From Calditrichaceae bacterium (GTDB lineage Bacteria > Calditrichota > Calditrichia > Calditrichales > JBFXGD01): DNA of 64,000 nt. Within the stretch, counting starts at the first letter, position 1, and the number at the start of each line of letters is the position of its first letter. A program made the position numbers and the translations under genes. Location of the stretch: contig JBFXLE010000008.1 of assembly GCA_050173015.1 (NCBI GenBank), positions 105,036 to 169,035 of the forward strand, given 5' to 3'. The notes beneath the pieces were generated by a model. The model did no database searches. It saw nothing but the letters and a program-made list of their open reading frames with translations, and had not been told where the DNA came from. Of the stretch, positions 1 to 10,371 are shown one piece after another.

Positions 1-2
1 AA

Positions 3-830
3 TATCCGCAGTTTCTGGACAACCTTTCAACCTGTAAATCCCCGCAGCAGATGTTTGGCGCCGTTGCCAAAACATATTATGCGCAAAAAGCCGGTATCAA
101 TCCGGAAGATATCATTGTAGTCTCCATCATGCCTTGTACCGCGAAAAAATTTGAAGCGCAGCGACCGGAGATGAAATCGAGCGGATTTCGTGATGTTGAT
201 TATGTACTGACTACACGTGAGCTGGGCTTAATGATCCGGCAAACCGGAGTCGATCTCAGAAAAATTGAAGAATCCGAATATGATTCTCTCCTGGGCACTT
301 CCACGGGCGCTGGTGTAATTTTTGGCGCGACGGGAGGCGTCATGGAAGCAGCACTCAGAACGGCCTATGAAATTGTCACCGGACGCGAAGTTCCGTTTAA
401 AAATCTAAATATTGTCCCCGTCCGAGGCATGGAAGGAGTAAAATCTGCATCCATAAAAATAGAAAACTGCAAGGATGAATGGAAATTTCTTGATGGTGTG
501 ACCTTAAATGTCGCCATCGCGCACGGCTTGAAGAATGCGGATAAAGTAATGAGCAGCATGGAAAAAAACGGATCAGAATTCCATTTTGTTGAAGTTATGG
601 CTTGTCCCGGTGGCTGTATCGGGGGCGGCGGTCAGCCAATTCCGACCAGTATGGAGATCCGTGAGAAACGAATGGCGGCGATTTATGAAGAAGATACAAA
701 TATGAATATCCGGAAGTCACATGAAAATCCGGAAGTAGATCGTATTTACAAAGATTTTCTGGAGGAACCCCTGGGGCATTTATCCCACAAATTGTTACAT
801 ACGAGCTATACGCCTCGTAACAAAAATTAA
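3..830 (+). CDS. hydA: [FeFe]-hydrogenase catalytic subunit, C-terminal part (5' end lies outside the window)
   Basis: Frame is open from base 3 (YPQFLDNLSTCKSPQQM...). H-cluster motifs MPCTAKKFE and EVMACPGGCIGGGGQP; small-subunit-like tail RKSHENP...HKLLHT. Confidence 0.96.
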   Translation, partial: YPQFLDNLSTCKSPQQMFGAVAKTYYAQKAGINPEDIIVVSIMPCTAKKFEAQRPEMKSSGFRDVDYVLTTRELGLMIRQTGVDLRKIEESEYDSLLGTSTGAGVIFGATGGVMEAALRTAYEIVTGREVPFKNLNIVPVRGMEGVKSASIKIENCKDEWKFLDGVTLNVAIAHGLKNADKVMSSMEKNGSEFHFVEVMACPGGCIGGGGQPIPTSMEIREKRMAAIYEEDTNMNIRKSHENPEVDRIYKDFLEEPLGHLSHKLLHTSYTPRNKN

Positions 831-851
831 GAGTTTTCCTTCCTGGTGGTT

Positions 852-884
852 AGGGGATGGAGGATATTCTTTCATCCCCTTTTT
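852..884 (+). terminator. Intrinsic terminator or attenuator after hydA
   Basis: Stem AGGGGATG (852-859) / CATCCCCT (873-880) followed by TTTT. Confidence 0.65.
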
Positions 885-951
885 AATATTCGCAGGGATT
901 GGAAATATGATGAAAAATATGGTTGTCATGAGAATCCTAAGGAGCAATGTG

Positions 952-2358
952 ATGAGTTTTATAGACAACAAACGAATTTACGCTGAATTGGCAAATCCCG
1001 TGATTGCTTCACCGGAGCGCATTCGTGAAATTTTTGCAAAGGCCCGCGAAATGAAAGGACTTGAATATGATGAAGTCCTTGCTCTGCTACATCTTGACGA
1101 CCCTCGGCTGATCAGTGAAATGTATGAAACATCACGATGGATAAAACAGGAAATCTATGGCAACAGACTCGTGCTCTTTGCTCCATTATATGTCTCCAAT
1201 TTATGTCAGAATGAATGTCTTTACTGCGCCTTTAGAGCAAAAAATAAAAAACTGGTCAGAAAATCACTATCACAGGATGAAATCAGGGAAGAAGTTGAAT
1301 TTCTTCTATCACAGGGCCATAAACGGGTTCTTCTGGTTTCCGGTGAATCTTATACCGAACGCGGGCTGAATTATATATTTGATTCGATCAAAACGGTGTA
1401 TTCCGTCAAAACCGGCAACGCGAATATTCGCAGAATTAATGTGAACATCGCTCCCCTGTCCGTAGATGAATTTAAACGGCTATATCAGCAGCAAATAGGC
1501 ACGTACCAGCTATTTCAGGAGACATACCACGAGGATACATACAAAAAATTACATCTGAAGGGCCCGAAATCGGATTATGAATACCGTCTCAACACAATGG
1601 ACAGGGCTTTTGAAGCCGGATTTGATGATGTAGGAATAGGCGTCTTATTCGGGCTTGCTGACTGGAGATATGAAATACTCGCTCTTCTCAATCATATCAA
1701 TCATCTGGAGCAAAAATTCGGAATCGGTCCGCACACCGTATCCGTTCCGCGGCTTGAACCCGCGCTCAATTCTGAGATCAGTTATGATCCGCCTTACGCG
1801 GTGAGCGACGAGGATTTTAAAAAAATTATCGCTGTTCTGCGAATTGCCGTACCGTACACCGGGATTATACTCAGCACCCGTGAGAGCGCTTCTATGCGCC
1901 GGGCCGCTTTTGATTTGGGCATATCGCAAATATCCGCGGGATCCAGGACCAACCCCGGTGGTTATAAACATGATGATACGCATCCTACGGATATCCCCGA
2001 AGGTGAAAGGAGTCAGTTCTCTTTGGGTGACTCCAGACCGCTGCTGGAAGTGACAAAGGATATCGTCGCGCATGATCACATACCCTCATATTGCACAGCA
2101 TGTTATCGTCTGGGACGCGTCGGTAAGGATTTTATGGATCTCGCCAAACCGGGTTTAATAAAGCAAAATTGCCTTCCAAACGCGATGTTCACTTTTGCCG
2201 AGTATTTACATGATTTTGCTGACGCGGAGTTAAAAATCGACGGATTCAAAATGATTGAGAGAATGATTGGGGAAGAAATCAATAATGAAGGGTTGCAAAG
2301 AAGAGTTCGCAAAGATTTGATCGAAATAGAGAACGGCCATAGGGATTTATATTTATAG
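952..2358 (+). CDS. hydG: [FeFe]-hydrogenase H-cluster radical SAM maturase HydG
   Basis: CQNECLYC radical SAM motif, FQETY, C-terminal CTAC-x22-C auxiliary cluster motif. Start placed at ATG 952 after AAGGAG (ORF track starts at 907). Confidence 0.95.
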   Translation: MSFIDNKRIYAELANPVIASPERIREIFAKAREMKGLEYDEVLALLHLDDPRLISEMYETSRWIKQEIYGNRLVLFAPLYVSNLCQNECLYCAFRAKNKKLVRKSLSQDEIREEVEFLLSQGHKRVLLVSGESYTERGLNYIFDSIKTVYSVKTGNANIRRINVNIAPLSVDEFKRLYQQQIGTYQLFQETYHEDTYKKLHLKGPKSDYEYRLNTMDRAFEAGFDDVGIGVLFGLADWRYEILALLNHINHLEQKFGIGPHTVSVPRLEPALNSEISYDPPYAVSDEDFKKIIAVLRIAVPYTGIILSTRESASMRRAAFDLGISQISAGSRTNPGGYKHDDTHPTDIPEGERSQFSLGDSRPLLEVTKDIVAHDHIPSYCTACYRLGRVGKDFMDLAKPGLIKQNCLPNAMFTFAEYLHDFADAELKIDGFKMIERMIGEEINNEGLQRRVRKDLIEIENGHRDLYL

Positions 2359-2486
2359 AGTAGTATTGAAAAGAATACGAGAAATAAATAAGATAAAAGA
2401 TTAAATTAAAAATTTAATATGAGTACAGACTTTGAATCGGAAAACAATTGATCCACAAAAATGAATGAATTAAGAAGGCTGACGAC

Positions 2487-3545
2487 ATGCTGACAATACT
2501 TAATGAAGATCCACACAAGAGAATTGAGCTAAACCGGAGCCAGATCATTGATTTATTAAAAACGGATGATCCGTACATTATAAAAGAATTATATAACCGT
2601 GCCAATAAGATTCGGGCGCGTTATTGCGGAGAGGAAATTCATGTCAGAGGGCTTATTAATTTTTCAAACTATTGTAAGCGTGCTTGCCTGTATTGCGGAT
2701 TAAGAAAAAACAATAAAAATATTCAGCGATACCGCCTTACTACAGATCAGATTTTTGCGACGGTTTCGAAAGGAGTAACGGCGGGTTATAAAACTTTCGT
2801 GCTGCAATCGGGTGAAGATCCCTACTACACCGATGAAATGGTGTCAGGACTAATCAGGATGATCAAATCAAAATTTAGTGTCGCCCTTACCCTTTCTCTT
2901 GGTGAACGACCTTATTCAACGTTAAAGAAATGGCGTGAGGACGGCGCGGACAGGTATCTTTTAAAGCATGAGACTTCTGACGCGGGCTTGTATCGGAGAC
3001 TTCATCCTGATTTGGAATTTCACAACCGGATCACTTCTTTGATCAACCTCAAGGAGATAGGTTATCAGACCGGGTCAGGCATAATGATTGGACTGCCCGG
3101 ACAAACCTATGAAAGTATAGCAGACGATATTATCTTATTTAGAAATCTTGATATTGACATGATCGGCTGTGGTCCATATATCTATAACCCCGATACCCCG
3201 AAAATTAAAACAACACCAAACCGTAAAAAATACATTCAGCCGGAAGCGGAATTTATTTACAAAATCACCGCCATAAACCGGATTATGATCAAGGATGCAC
3301 TTATTCCCGCCACAACAGCTCTTACTACAATCGAAGAGACAACCGGACAGAAAAACGCTCTATTATGCGGCGCCAATGTTATTATGCTGGATATAACTCC
3401 CTTAGAAGTGAAACACCTCTATAAAATATATCCGAAAAAAGACTTTATTGATGGGATCAAGGACGCGGAAATACTTTTTCAGAATCTTACCATCTCAACG
3501 GGAAGACCTGTATCAAAAACACTTGGGCACAGGGCACATCTTTAA
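2487..3545 (+). CDS. hydE: [FeFe]-hydrogenase H-cluster radical SAM maturase HydE
   Basis: CKRACLYC, LQSGED, LSLGE, RYLLKHET, PATTA, YKIYP; follows hydG. Confidence 0.92.
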   Translation: MLTILNEDPHKRIELNRSQIIDLLKTDDPYIIKELYNRANKIRARYCGEEIHVRGLINFSNYCKRACLYCGLRKNNKNIQRYRLTTDQIFATVSKGVTAGYKTFVLQSGEDPYYTDEMVSGLIRMIKSKFSVALTLSLGERPYSTLKKWREDGADRYLLKHETSDAGLYRRLHPDLEFHNRITSLINLKEIGYQTGSGIMIGLPGQTYESIADDIILFRNLDIDMIGCGPYIYNPDTPKIKTTPNRKKYIQPEAEFIYKITAINRIMIKDALIPATTALTTIEETTGQKNALLCGANVIMLDITPLEVKHLYKIYPKKDFIDGIKDAEILFQNLTISTGRPVSKTLGHRAHL

Positions 3546-3586
3546 TATTTGTTAAAGCCGGTTAGTTGCCTTACCTCAAATTTTTA

Positions 3587-4813
3587 TTATAAATAGGATA
3601 GAGCTGAGTCGTTCATTTTATAAAATGGCTCGATAGCGCGCTTGTAAATTCCAAGACAATAAGCTATCGCCATGCCGTAATTAGTGACCGGAATTTCGAG
3701 GTCTATTGCCGGCTTTAACCGGTTGTAAATCTGCTTTCTCGTGAGCATACACCCGCCGCACTGAATAACCATACTGTATTCCAGGATCTCCCGTTCCACA
3801 TTGCTGAGTCCCGCCACCATATCAAAATGGAGCTTTTTCCCGGTAAAATTGGTTATCCATCTTGGAATTTTTACTCTTCCAATATCGTCTCCGGCAACAT
3901 GATGGCTGCATGATTCAAGAACTAATATCCGGTCATTATCCTTTAGCTTGGATATATAAGGTGTGCCGTCGATATATTCCCTGAAAGCTCCGCGATATCT
4001 GGCCAGAAGAATGCTGAAACTTGTAAGAGGGATATCAGCCGGGACTGAGGCATCCGCTTTTAAAAATTCCTGACTGTCTGTAATCACTAATTTTGGTTTC
4101 AGATCAGGATGTGTCCTAAAAAATGCCTCCAGTTCCCTCTCTTTCATGATGATAGTGATGCAGTCATGATCGAGCAAGTCGCGAATCGTCTGAACCTGAG
4201 GCAATATAAGTCTGCCCTTCGGCGCCTCCACATCAATCGGCGTTACAAGGACAACAATATCACCGTATGAAACCAGATCACCCACCAGACTCGGCTGATC
4301 CAGAGAGGACTCAGGAACATGTTTTTTTATTAAACCGATAATCTCATCTATATTATCAGGGCAAAAAGCGTTAAACTCAATAATATCCGTCAATGTCTCT
4401 TTTTCGATTATTTCTTTGGTCAAGGCGGACATTCTTAAAAGATCGGATTTATTATGCACCACCAGGAACGGCACCCTGTATTCTTCAAACTTTTCGACGA
4501 GCAGCCGTTCGGGACTTTCGTAAGTATTTTCGGAGACCAGCAGGATCGCCATATCTATCGTTTTTATGACATCGAGTGTTCTCCCGACCCTTTTCTGTCC
4601 CATTTCCCCCACATCATCAATACCCGCCGTATCAATAAAGATGACCGGACCAATTCCGGGCAGTTCCATCGCTTTGTTTACGGGATCGGTCGTCGTGCCC
4701 GGATAATCGGCAACGATCGAAACATTCTGACCCGATACCGCATTGATAAAAGAACTTTTTCCGATATTTCTCCGGCCAAAGATTCCGATATGCGGTTTTT
4801 CTGCTTTTGTCAT
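3587..4813 (-). CDS. hydF: [FeFe]-hydrogenase maturation GTPase HydF
   Basis: GRRNIGKS, GTTTD, DTAG, NKSD, GRLILPQ, CSHH...QCGGC. ATG at 4813 (track extends to TTG 4834). Confidence 0.95.
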   Translation of the reverse strand: MTKAEKPHIGIFGRRNIGKSSFINAVSGQNVSIVADYPGTTTDPVNKAMELPGIGPVIFIDTAGIDDVGEMGQKRVGRTLDVIKTIDMAILLVSENTYESPERLLVEKFEEYRVPFLVVHNKSDLLRMSALTKEIIEKETLTDIIEFNAFCPDNIDEIIGLIKKHVPESSLDQPSLVGDLVSYGDIVVLVTPIDVEAPKGRLILPQVQTIRDLLDHDCITIIMKERELEAFFRTHPDLKPKLVITDSQEFLKADASVPADIPLTSFSILLARYRGAFREYIDGTPYISKLKDNDRILVLESCSHHVAGDDIGRVKIPRWITNFTGKKLHFDMVAGLSNVEREILEYSMVIQCGGCMLTRKQIYNRLKPAIDLEIPVTNYGMAIAYCLGIYKRAIEPFYKMNDSALSYL

Positions 4814-4853
4814 GGATACTCCAAATTTAGACAATGAAACTCAACAAAATCTG

Positions 4854-6323
4854 TTACTCGTTATCTATTTCTTTTTCCCGGTTATCGGGTATTTCATCAA
4901 TTGTAAATCCGAGTTTTAACAGATAATCCGGCTTCATTAAGATCTCCAACTGATCGGGGTCAATTAAATGTAAATGCTGATTTGCATTAAATATATCACA
5001 ACTGTGTTCCGACATTACTCTTGCCAGTTTTTCCACCTGCTTATACCCCAGATACGGAATAAGCGCTGTCGTAACAGCTGGATTTTTCAACAATTTTTCA
5101 AGCGCCTGTTTCGTATTGATATTCAGACCGGTCATCATATTACGATTTACTGTCCAGTTGCAATCAATGAGTAATTGCAGACTATCCAGCAAGGCGTCTC
5201 CAATTACCGGCAGATTGGCATTCAGATCAAGGCATCCCTGAGCGGCAAGCGAAGTGATAAGTCCGTCATTCGCGTAGATTTTATGGCAAGCGCCAATGAC
5301 AAATTCAGGAATAACGGGATTAATTTTACCGGGCATGATGGAGCTTCCAACCTGTTTCTTCGGAATTTCCATCTCTTTTTGAGAAATTAAATCCGAAGAG
5401 AGCAACCGGAGATCGGAAACCATTTTCTCCAGATTTACCGCGTTTGCCTTCAGGATCGCGTGTACTTCGACAAATGAATCCAAATTAGCGGTCGTGTCCG
5501 ATAGATTTTCACTTCTGGTCACCGGGTGCCCTGTTAAATCCTTCAATGTCTGCACCACTTCGAAAATGAAAAATCTGGGAACGGTGATACCTGTGCCGAC
5601 AGCGCTCCCGCCAAGATTCACGATTTTTATTCGTTCCAAACTTTTTGAAACGCGCCACCAGTCTCGTGAAAGGGCATTATTATATGCGCTGAATAGTTTT
5701 CCGTATGAAGATGGAACCGCTGCCTGCATTTGGGTATATGCAATACGAAGGTTTTCCCGGTAGTTTGTTTCGTGTACTTCAGTGATTTTTCGCAATCCGT
5801 TGATTTCTTTTTCCAAAACTCCCAGTAATTCCATCATAGCCAGTCTCAGGGCGGTAGGAACCACATCATTGGTTGATTGAAAGATATTGGCATGTTCTAT
5901 CGGATGAACAACTTCATAATCACCCGGATTTTTACCCATTCTCACCAGAGCCGAATTAGCGATAATCTCATTGATGTTCATATTGATGCTTGTTCCGGCT
6001 CCTCCGGAAATGCCGGGAACAATAAAATGTTCGAAATATTTACCGGAAGATATTTCTTCAGCACTAATGATGATTTGTTTTAAAACAGAGTCATCAATAA
6101 ATTTTAAGGGAAGTATTTTATTCGGATATTTCTGCCGGGTAGCATTTTTAAATTTTTCATAAGTTTGATAACAGGCGAGTTTGACAGTTCCGAGAGCTCG
6201 GTACCATATAAAATTAAATGGGGATCGATCCGGAAAATTCTCTCTGGCTCTTATCGAATGAATCCCGTATAATGAATCTCTCGGAATACCTTTTTCTCCA
6301 AGAGCATCCTGTTCAGTTCTCAT
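4854..6323 (-). CDS. aspA: Aspartate ammonia-lyase (fumarase/aspartase superfamily)
   Basis: GGAGTSINMN, QSTNDVVPT, GSSIMPGKINP signature; directly upstream of hydF. Confidence 0.85.
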   Translation of the reverse strand: MRTEQDALGEKGIPRDSLYGIHSIRARENFPDRSPFNFIWYRALGTVKLACYQTYEKFKNATRQKYPNKILPLKFIDDSVLKQIIISAEEISSGKYFEHFIVPGISGGAGTSINMNINEIIANSALVRMGKNPGDYEVVHPIEHANIFQSTNDVVPTALRLAMMELLGVLEKEINGLRKITEVHETNYRENLRIAYTQMQAAVPSSYGKLFSAYNNALSRDWWRVSKSLERIKIVNLGGSAVGTGITVPRFFIFEVVQTLKDLTGHPVTRSENLSDTTANLDSFVEVHAILKANAVNLEKMVSDLRLLSSDLISQKEMEIPKKQVGSSIMPGKINPVIPEFVIGACHKIYANDGLITSLAAQGCLDLNANLPVIGDALLDSLQLLIDCNWTVNRNMMTGLNINTKQALEKLLKNPAVTTALIPYLGYKQVEKLARVMSEHSCDIFNANQHLHLIDPDQLEILMKPDYLLKLGFTIDEIPDNREKEIDNE

Positions 6324-6562
6324 GAATTAAATTTACTAAATATTTGTCTTTTTTGAAAATAACAATAAAAATATTATGCTGTTAAATGCATTGAATATTT
6401 AACAGTTTCTAATTAAAAAACATGTGAAAAACACCTGATTAAAGAATCAAACTTCCTGTTTTATCCTGATTCTTTATTTCGTTTTTGACAAAAAAATACC
6501 TTTCTCCCATGGCCGGGGAAAAAACACCGTTCACAATTGTTCAGATAACCAAATAATATATT

Positions 6563-6889
6563 CTATTTCTTTGGTTTTATCGTTTTTAGCAATTTACCCG
6601 TTTGAGAATCAAATATTTTTAGGACTATTCCGTCAATAATACTGATCTCACATTTTCTGAATTCGCTGGCAATGATTTCTACATTCGGTTCCTTAGCATC
6701 AAGGTGGAGATAAACATCTACTTGTTCGAGGGTATCACTGTCTTTCCATTCATATTCCACCACTACATTCACATTTTTGAAATCAGGTTGTATCTCAGTT
6801 GTATCAGCCTCTACCGAGAGCACGGCCGCGGAAGCATTGGAACCGATCATGAGAACAAACAAAAAAACCATAAAAAAGGCAGCTTTCAT
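6563..6889 (-). CDS. Hypothetical secreted protein
   Basis: Signal peptide ending ASA; AGGAGG ribosome-binding site upstream; no family recognised. Confidence 0.6.
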   Translation of the reverse strand: MKAAFFMVFLFVLMIGSNASAAVLSVEADTTEIQPDFKNVNVVVEYEWKDSDTLEQVDVYLHLDAKEPNVEIIASEFRKCEISIIDGIVLKIFDSQTGKLLKTIKPKK

Positions 6890-6957
6890 CAGACACCTCC
6901 TTTTCTTGAAGATCCCCCGGCCTTTCTACGACTTTTATATATTATTACCCGGTTTGT

Positions 6958-7812
6958 CTAATCTCTTTGCCTTTCCGCTGTTAAATCGAACGAATCACCG
7001 ACATTCATTAGTTTAACCCTGCCTTTGAAATGCTGAAACATTGTATGCATTGCCGTAAAACCGGTGCAATGCAAAGGGACAATAAATGCCGGATCTATTT
7101 TCTTCAGATCGGCAACAACACGCTCAATCCTTTTTAAAGGACTGCCAAGCAGATGCATACCTCCAAAAACAGCAAATATAGTATTATTATGAGTAATTCT
7201 CATTGCGTGTTTTACGCTGTTTACCGCGCCTGAATGTCCGCATCCGAGAAGAACAATCAGTCCTTTTTCACTATTTAGTATCAGCGACATATCATCATGT
7301 ATTTCATCGTGGATGTAACTTTCCAATACCCGCTGCTGGTAGGTCTCATCAATAAATTCATATTCCGTCAGGCGCGGGATTTCTCCTGAAATCCATACAT
7401 CCGGGAATAGTTCATGGGCATGTGATTTGAAAATAAAATTCGCCCCCGAAGAAGTCACATCCTTTTTTTCCCAGGGCACACCGATATCCACTTTTCCATT
7501 CGGATAGACGCGGAATTTTTTATTTGTTAAGGCAGGATGGCAAACGACGGAAATTGGTTTTACGCGTTTCACAAAATGAGTCAATCCGCCCGTGTGGTCA
7601 AAATGACCATGGCTCAAAACAATCATATCCACAAGATTAAGGTCAAGACCAAGCTGAATCGCGTTGTGCATAAACGCGTCCGTCTGCCCCGTATCAAAAA
7701 GAATATTTCCTTCCGATGTCTGTACCAGCACCGACAATCCCTGCTCGGCAATAAGTTTCGGGTTGTTCACCCTGTTTTCGGAAAGGATGGTAAGTTTTAT
7801 TTTTGATAACAT
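6958..7812 (-). CDS. MBL-fold metallo-hydrolase
   Basis: FDTG, SHGHFDHTGG, GCGHSG, GGMH, PLHCTG motifs. Confidence 0.9.
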   Translation of the reverse strand: MLSKIKLTILSENRVNNPKLIAEQGLSVLVQTSEGNILFDTGQTDAFMHNAIQLGLDLNLVDMIVLSHGHFDHTGGLTHFVKRVKPISVVCHPALTNKKFRVYPNGKVDIGVPWEKKDVTSSGANFIFKSHAHELFPDVWISGEIPRLTEYEFIDETYQQRVLESYIHDEIHDDMSLILNSEKGLIVLLGCGHSGAVNSVKHAMRITHNNTIFAVFGGMHLLGSPLKRIERVVADLKKIDPAFIVPLHCTGFTAMHTMFQHFKGRVKLMNVGDSFDLTAERQRD

Positions 7813-7931
7813 GGTCCCCCCTGTCTAAAAATTTTTAAAATTAATTTTTATTCAGGTATTACCACAACGTATGTGATATAATACACATAAATAAAACGGA
7901 TTCACATAATTAAAATAAATATTTCTGCCGG

Positions 7932-9050
7932 TCAGCAATATCTGATCTCCGGTTGAGTTCGACCGATTTTTGTTAATACGATTTGCCATAACTGATTATC
8001 CCGGGAACGGAATCCCGCAGCTGAACTCAAAAGGTAATATCTCCACATTCTTCTGAACCGGTCATCATAATGAATTTTCAATTTCGGCCAGGCGTTTTCA
8101 AAATTTTCATACCACGCCATTAAGGTCTTATCATAATCCGGCCCAAAATTATGCCAGTCTTCAATGACAAACAGATTTTCCGCCGCCGAGCCAATTTGTC
8201 TTATGGATGGAACCTGTCCGTTCGGGAATATATATTTTATTGTCCATGGATTCATGGTGGTGGAGCTCTTGTTTTGTCCGATGGTCTGAATAAACGCAAT
8301 TCCATCCTCTTTAAGAGTACGGTTGACCACCTCCATATAAGTCCGGTGATTTTTATAACCGATATGTTCGAAGCTGCCAATGGAAATCACACGGTCAAAT
8401 GAGCCTTTAACGGCACGGTAATCCTGTAATCTTATCTCTACGGGCAGCTCATGGCACAATTCATTGCCCAGCTCATACTGATTTTTTGAAACCGTTATGC
8501 CCGTGACGGAAACGCCGTACATCTCCGCGGCAAATTTCGCGAACGCACCCCACCCGCAGCCGATATCCAGAACAGTCATACCTTCCCTGAGATCGATTTT
8601 TTTGCAAATCATAGCGAGCTTGGCTTCCTGCGCTTCATCAAGCTGATCCGCGTTTTTCCAATAAGCGCAGCTGTAATTCATCCTTTTGTCGAGCATCGCT
8701 CTGTACAAATCGTTCCCTACGTCGTAATGATGTTTTCCAACCTGATATGCCCTGTCTCTGTTCTGAAGATTAAACAGTCTCGATTTAAGAACATGCCATT
8801 TTAAGGGTAAGCTGTGTTTAATCCGATGATGGATCCCTGAAGATAAAATCCGGTAAAATAATTCATCAAGCGCCTCACAATCCCACCACCCGTCCATATA
8901 GGACTCTCCCAAACCCAGCGCGGAATCACGCAGTACCCGTTCGTAGAAGCGCTCATCATGCACAAGAATATCATACCGCTCATGGCCGTTTATTTTAATA
9001 GCGGCCATCTCAAGCAATTCATAGATTATGGATTCAGCCTTAGGAGCCAT
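7932..9050 (-). CDS. cfa: Cyclopropane-fatty-acyl-phospholipid synthase
   Basis: LGLGESYMDGWW, HYDVGNDLY, YSCAYW, LDIGCGWG, KYIFPNG, RMWRYYL. Confidence 0.95.
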   Translation of the reverse strand: MAPKAESIIYELLEMAAIKINGHERYDILVHDERFYERVLRDSALGLGESYMDGWWDCEALDELFYRILSSGIHHRIKHSLPLKWHVLKSRLFNLQNRDRAYQVGKHHYDVGNDLYRAMLDKRMNYSCAYWKNADQLDEAQEAKLAMICKKIDLREGMTVLDIGCGWGAFAKFAAEMYGVSVTGITVSKNQYELGNELCHELPVEIRLQDYRAVKGSFDRVISIGSFEHIGYKNHRTYMEVVNRTLKEDGIAFIQTIGQNKSSTTMNPWTIKYIFPNGQVPSIRQIGSAAENLFVIEDWHNFGPDYDKTLMAWYENFENAWPKLKIHYDDRFRRMWRYYLLSSAAGFRSRDNQLWQIVLTKIGRTQPEIRYC

Positions 9051-9241
9051 ACAACGGTCCCCTGAAATATATAATTTTAGATAAAAAGTTTGAACAGGAT
9101 CAGTTTTATCTAACCAGGATTAATTCATATAGATTGCGGATCTGTATCTATTAAACAAGAGAATTGAATTTATTTTCCGTAAAAAATATTTTTTCTCACC
9201 GGTAAGATTTTTTTCTTCCCGGCTGAATATTCTTCTATAGA

Positions 9242-10369
9242 TCAACTCAGACGTTTTTGGAAACGCAGGACCGCGGATCCGAAAGCGATTAATCCGAAAG
9301 CCAGCATGGCCAACGCCTCCTTTACAAGATACGGGGCTGATGTGCCTTTTAAATATATTTCCCGTATGACTACCATGTAGTAACGCAGAGGATTAAGATA
9401 GGTTACCATCTGAACCCAGTCGGGCATGTTTTGGATGGGGATAAAAAAACCGGAGAGGATAAACGCGAATATTGAAAAAAACCAGGCGACAAACATGGCC
9501 TGCTGCTGAGTTTTAGCCATCGTTGACGCAAATATACCGAGTCCAAGGGTGCTTAAACTAAAAATCATACTCAACACATAGAGTAAAATCAGATTTCCTT
9601 TGATCCATATCCCAAAGATGATTCCCGCGGCAAGTATGCCGACGTTTAGAAGCAGGAATGAGATGATCAGGAAAGGAATCGTTTTTCCGATTATAAGCTC
9701 ACTGCTTCTTATGGGCGTCACCATTAATTGTTCAAGCGTTCCGATCTCTTTTTCCCGAACTATACTCATTCCTGTCAAAACCGCCGTAATAATAGTAAGC
9801 AATACGGCGATGACTCCGGGTACAATATTATTTACGCTTTCAAGACTCGGATTATATAACATCCGTGGTAAAATTTCAGTTATGTGCACACCTGCCGTTT
9901 TTTGGGCGAGAAGTCCGGCGCTGCCCAACCACTCTTTCTGGAGATTGACAGAGATCTGATTCACATACCCCAGAGCGATTCCTGCCGAGTTTCCATCCAC
10001 TCCGTCAACGATTGCCTGAACTTTGGGCTGAATACCGTTTTTCAAATCCCTTTCAAAATGAGGCGGAATAACCAAGGCTAGTTTTATTTCACCGTAATCC
10101 ATCATCTCTTTCGATCTGGCTTCCGTTTTCACCACCCCGACATACTCGAATGATTCCGTCACACTGAACGCATCGATAATCCTTCGGCTGGACTGTGAAT
10201 GATCCAAATCAACAATAGCCAGCGGAACATGCTTTACATCGGTGGTTATGGCAAATCCCAGCAAAACGATTTCGACAAACGGCATCACAAAAATGATACC
10301 AATGAAAGCTTTTTCCCTTAAAATTTCCCTGAACTCTTTTTGTATCAGATATAATATCCTTTGGATCAT
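9242..10369 (-). CDS. ABC-2 type transporter permease (YbhR-like)
   Basis: IQKEF, YNP, REKEIGTLEQL, LSGFFIPIQNMP, NPLRY; start placed at ATG 10369. Confidence 0.9.
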   Translation of the reverse strand: MIQRILYLIQKEFREILREKAFIGIIFVMPFVEIVLLGFAITTDVKHVPLAIVDLDHSQSSRRIIDAFSVTESFEYVGVVKTEARSKEMMDYGEIKLALVIPPHFERDLKNGIQPKVQAIVDGVDGNSAGIALGYVNQISVNLQKEWLGSAGLLAQKTAGVHITEILPRMLYNPSLESVNNIVPGVIAVLLTIITAVLTGMSIVREKEIGTLEQLMVTPIRSSELIIGKTIPFLIISFLLLNVGILAAGIIFGIWIKGNLILLYVLSMIFSLSTLGLGIFASTMAKTQQQAMFVAWFFSIFAFILSGFFIPIQNMPDWVQMVTYLNPLRYYMVVIREIYLKGTSAPYLVKEALAMLAFGLIAFGSAVLRFQKRLS

Positions 10370-10371
10370 AT

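Noticed and set aside
7871-7888. Rex/CRP-like palindrome ATGTGATATAATACACAT
   Set aside because: Single imperfect match in AT-rich DNA; regulator cannot be assigned.
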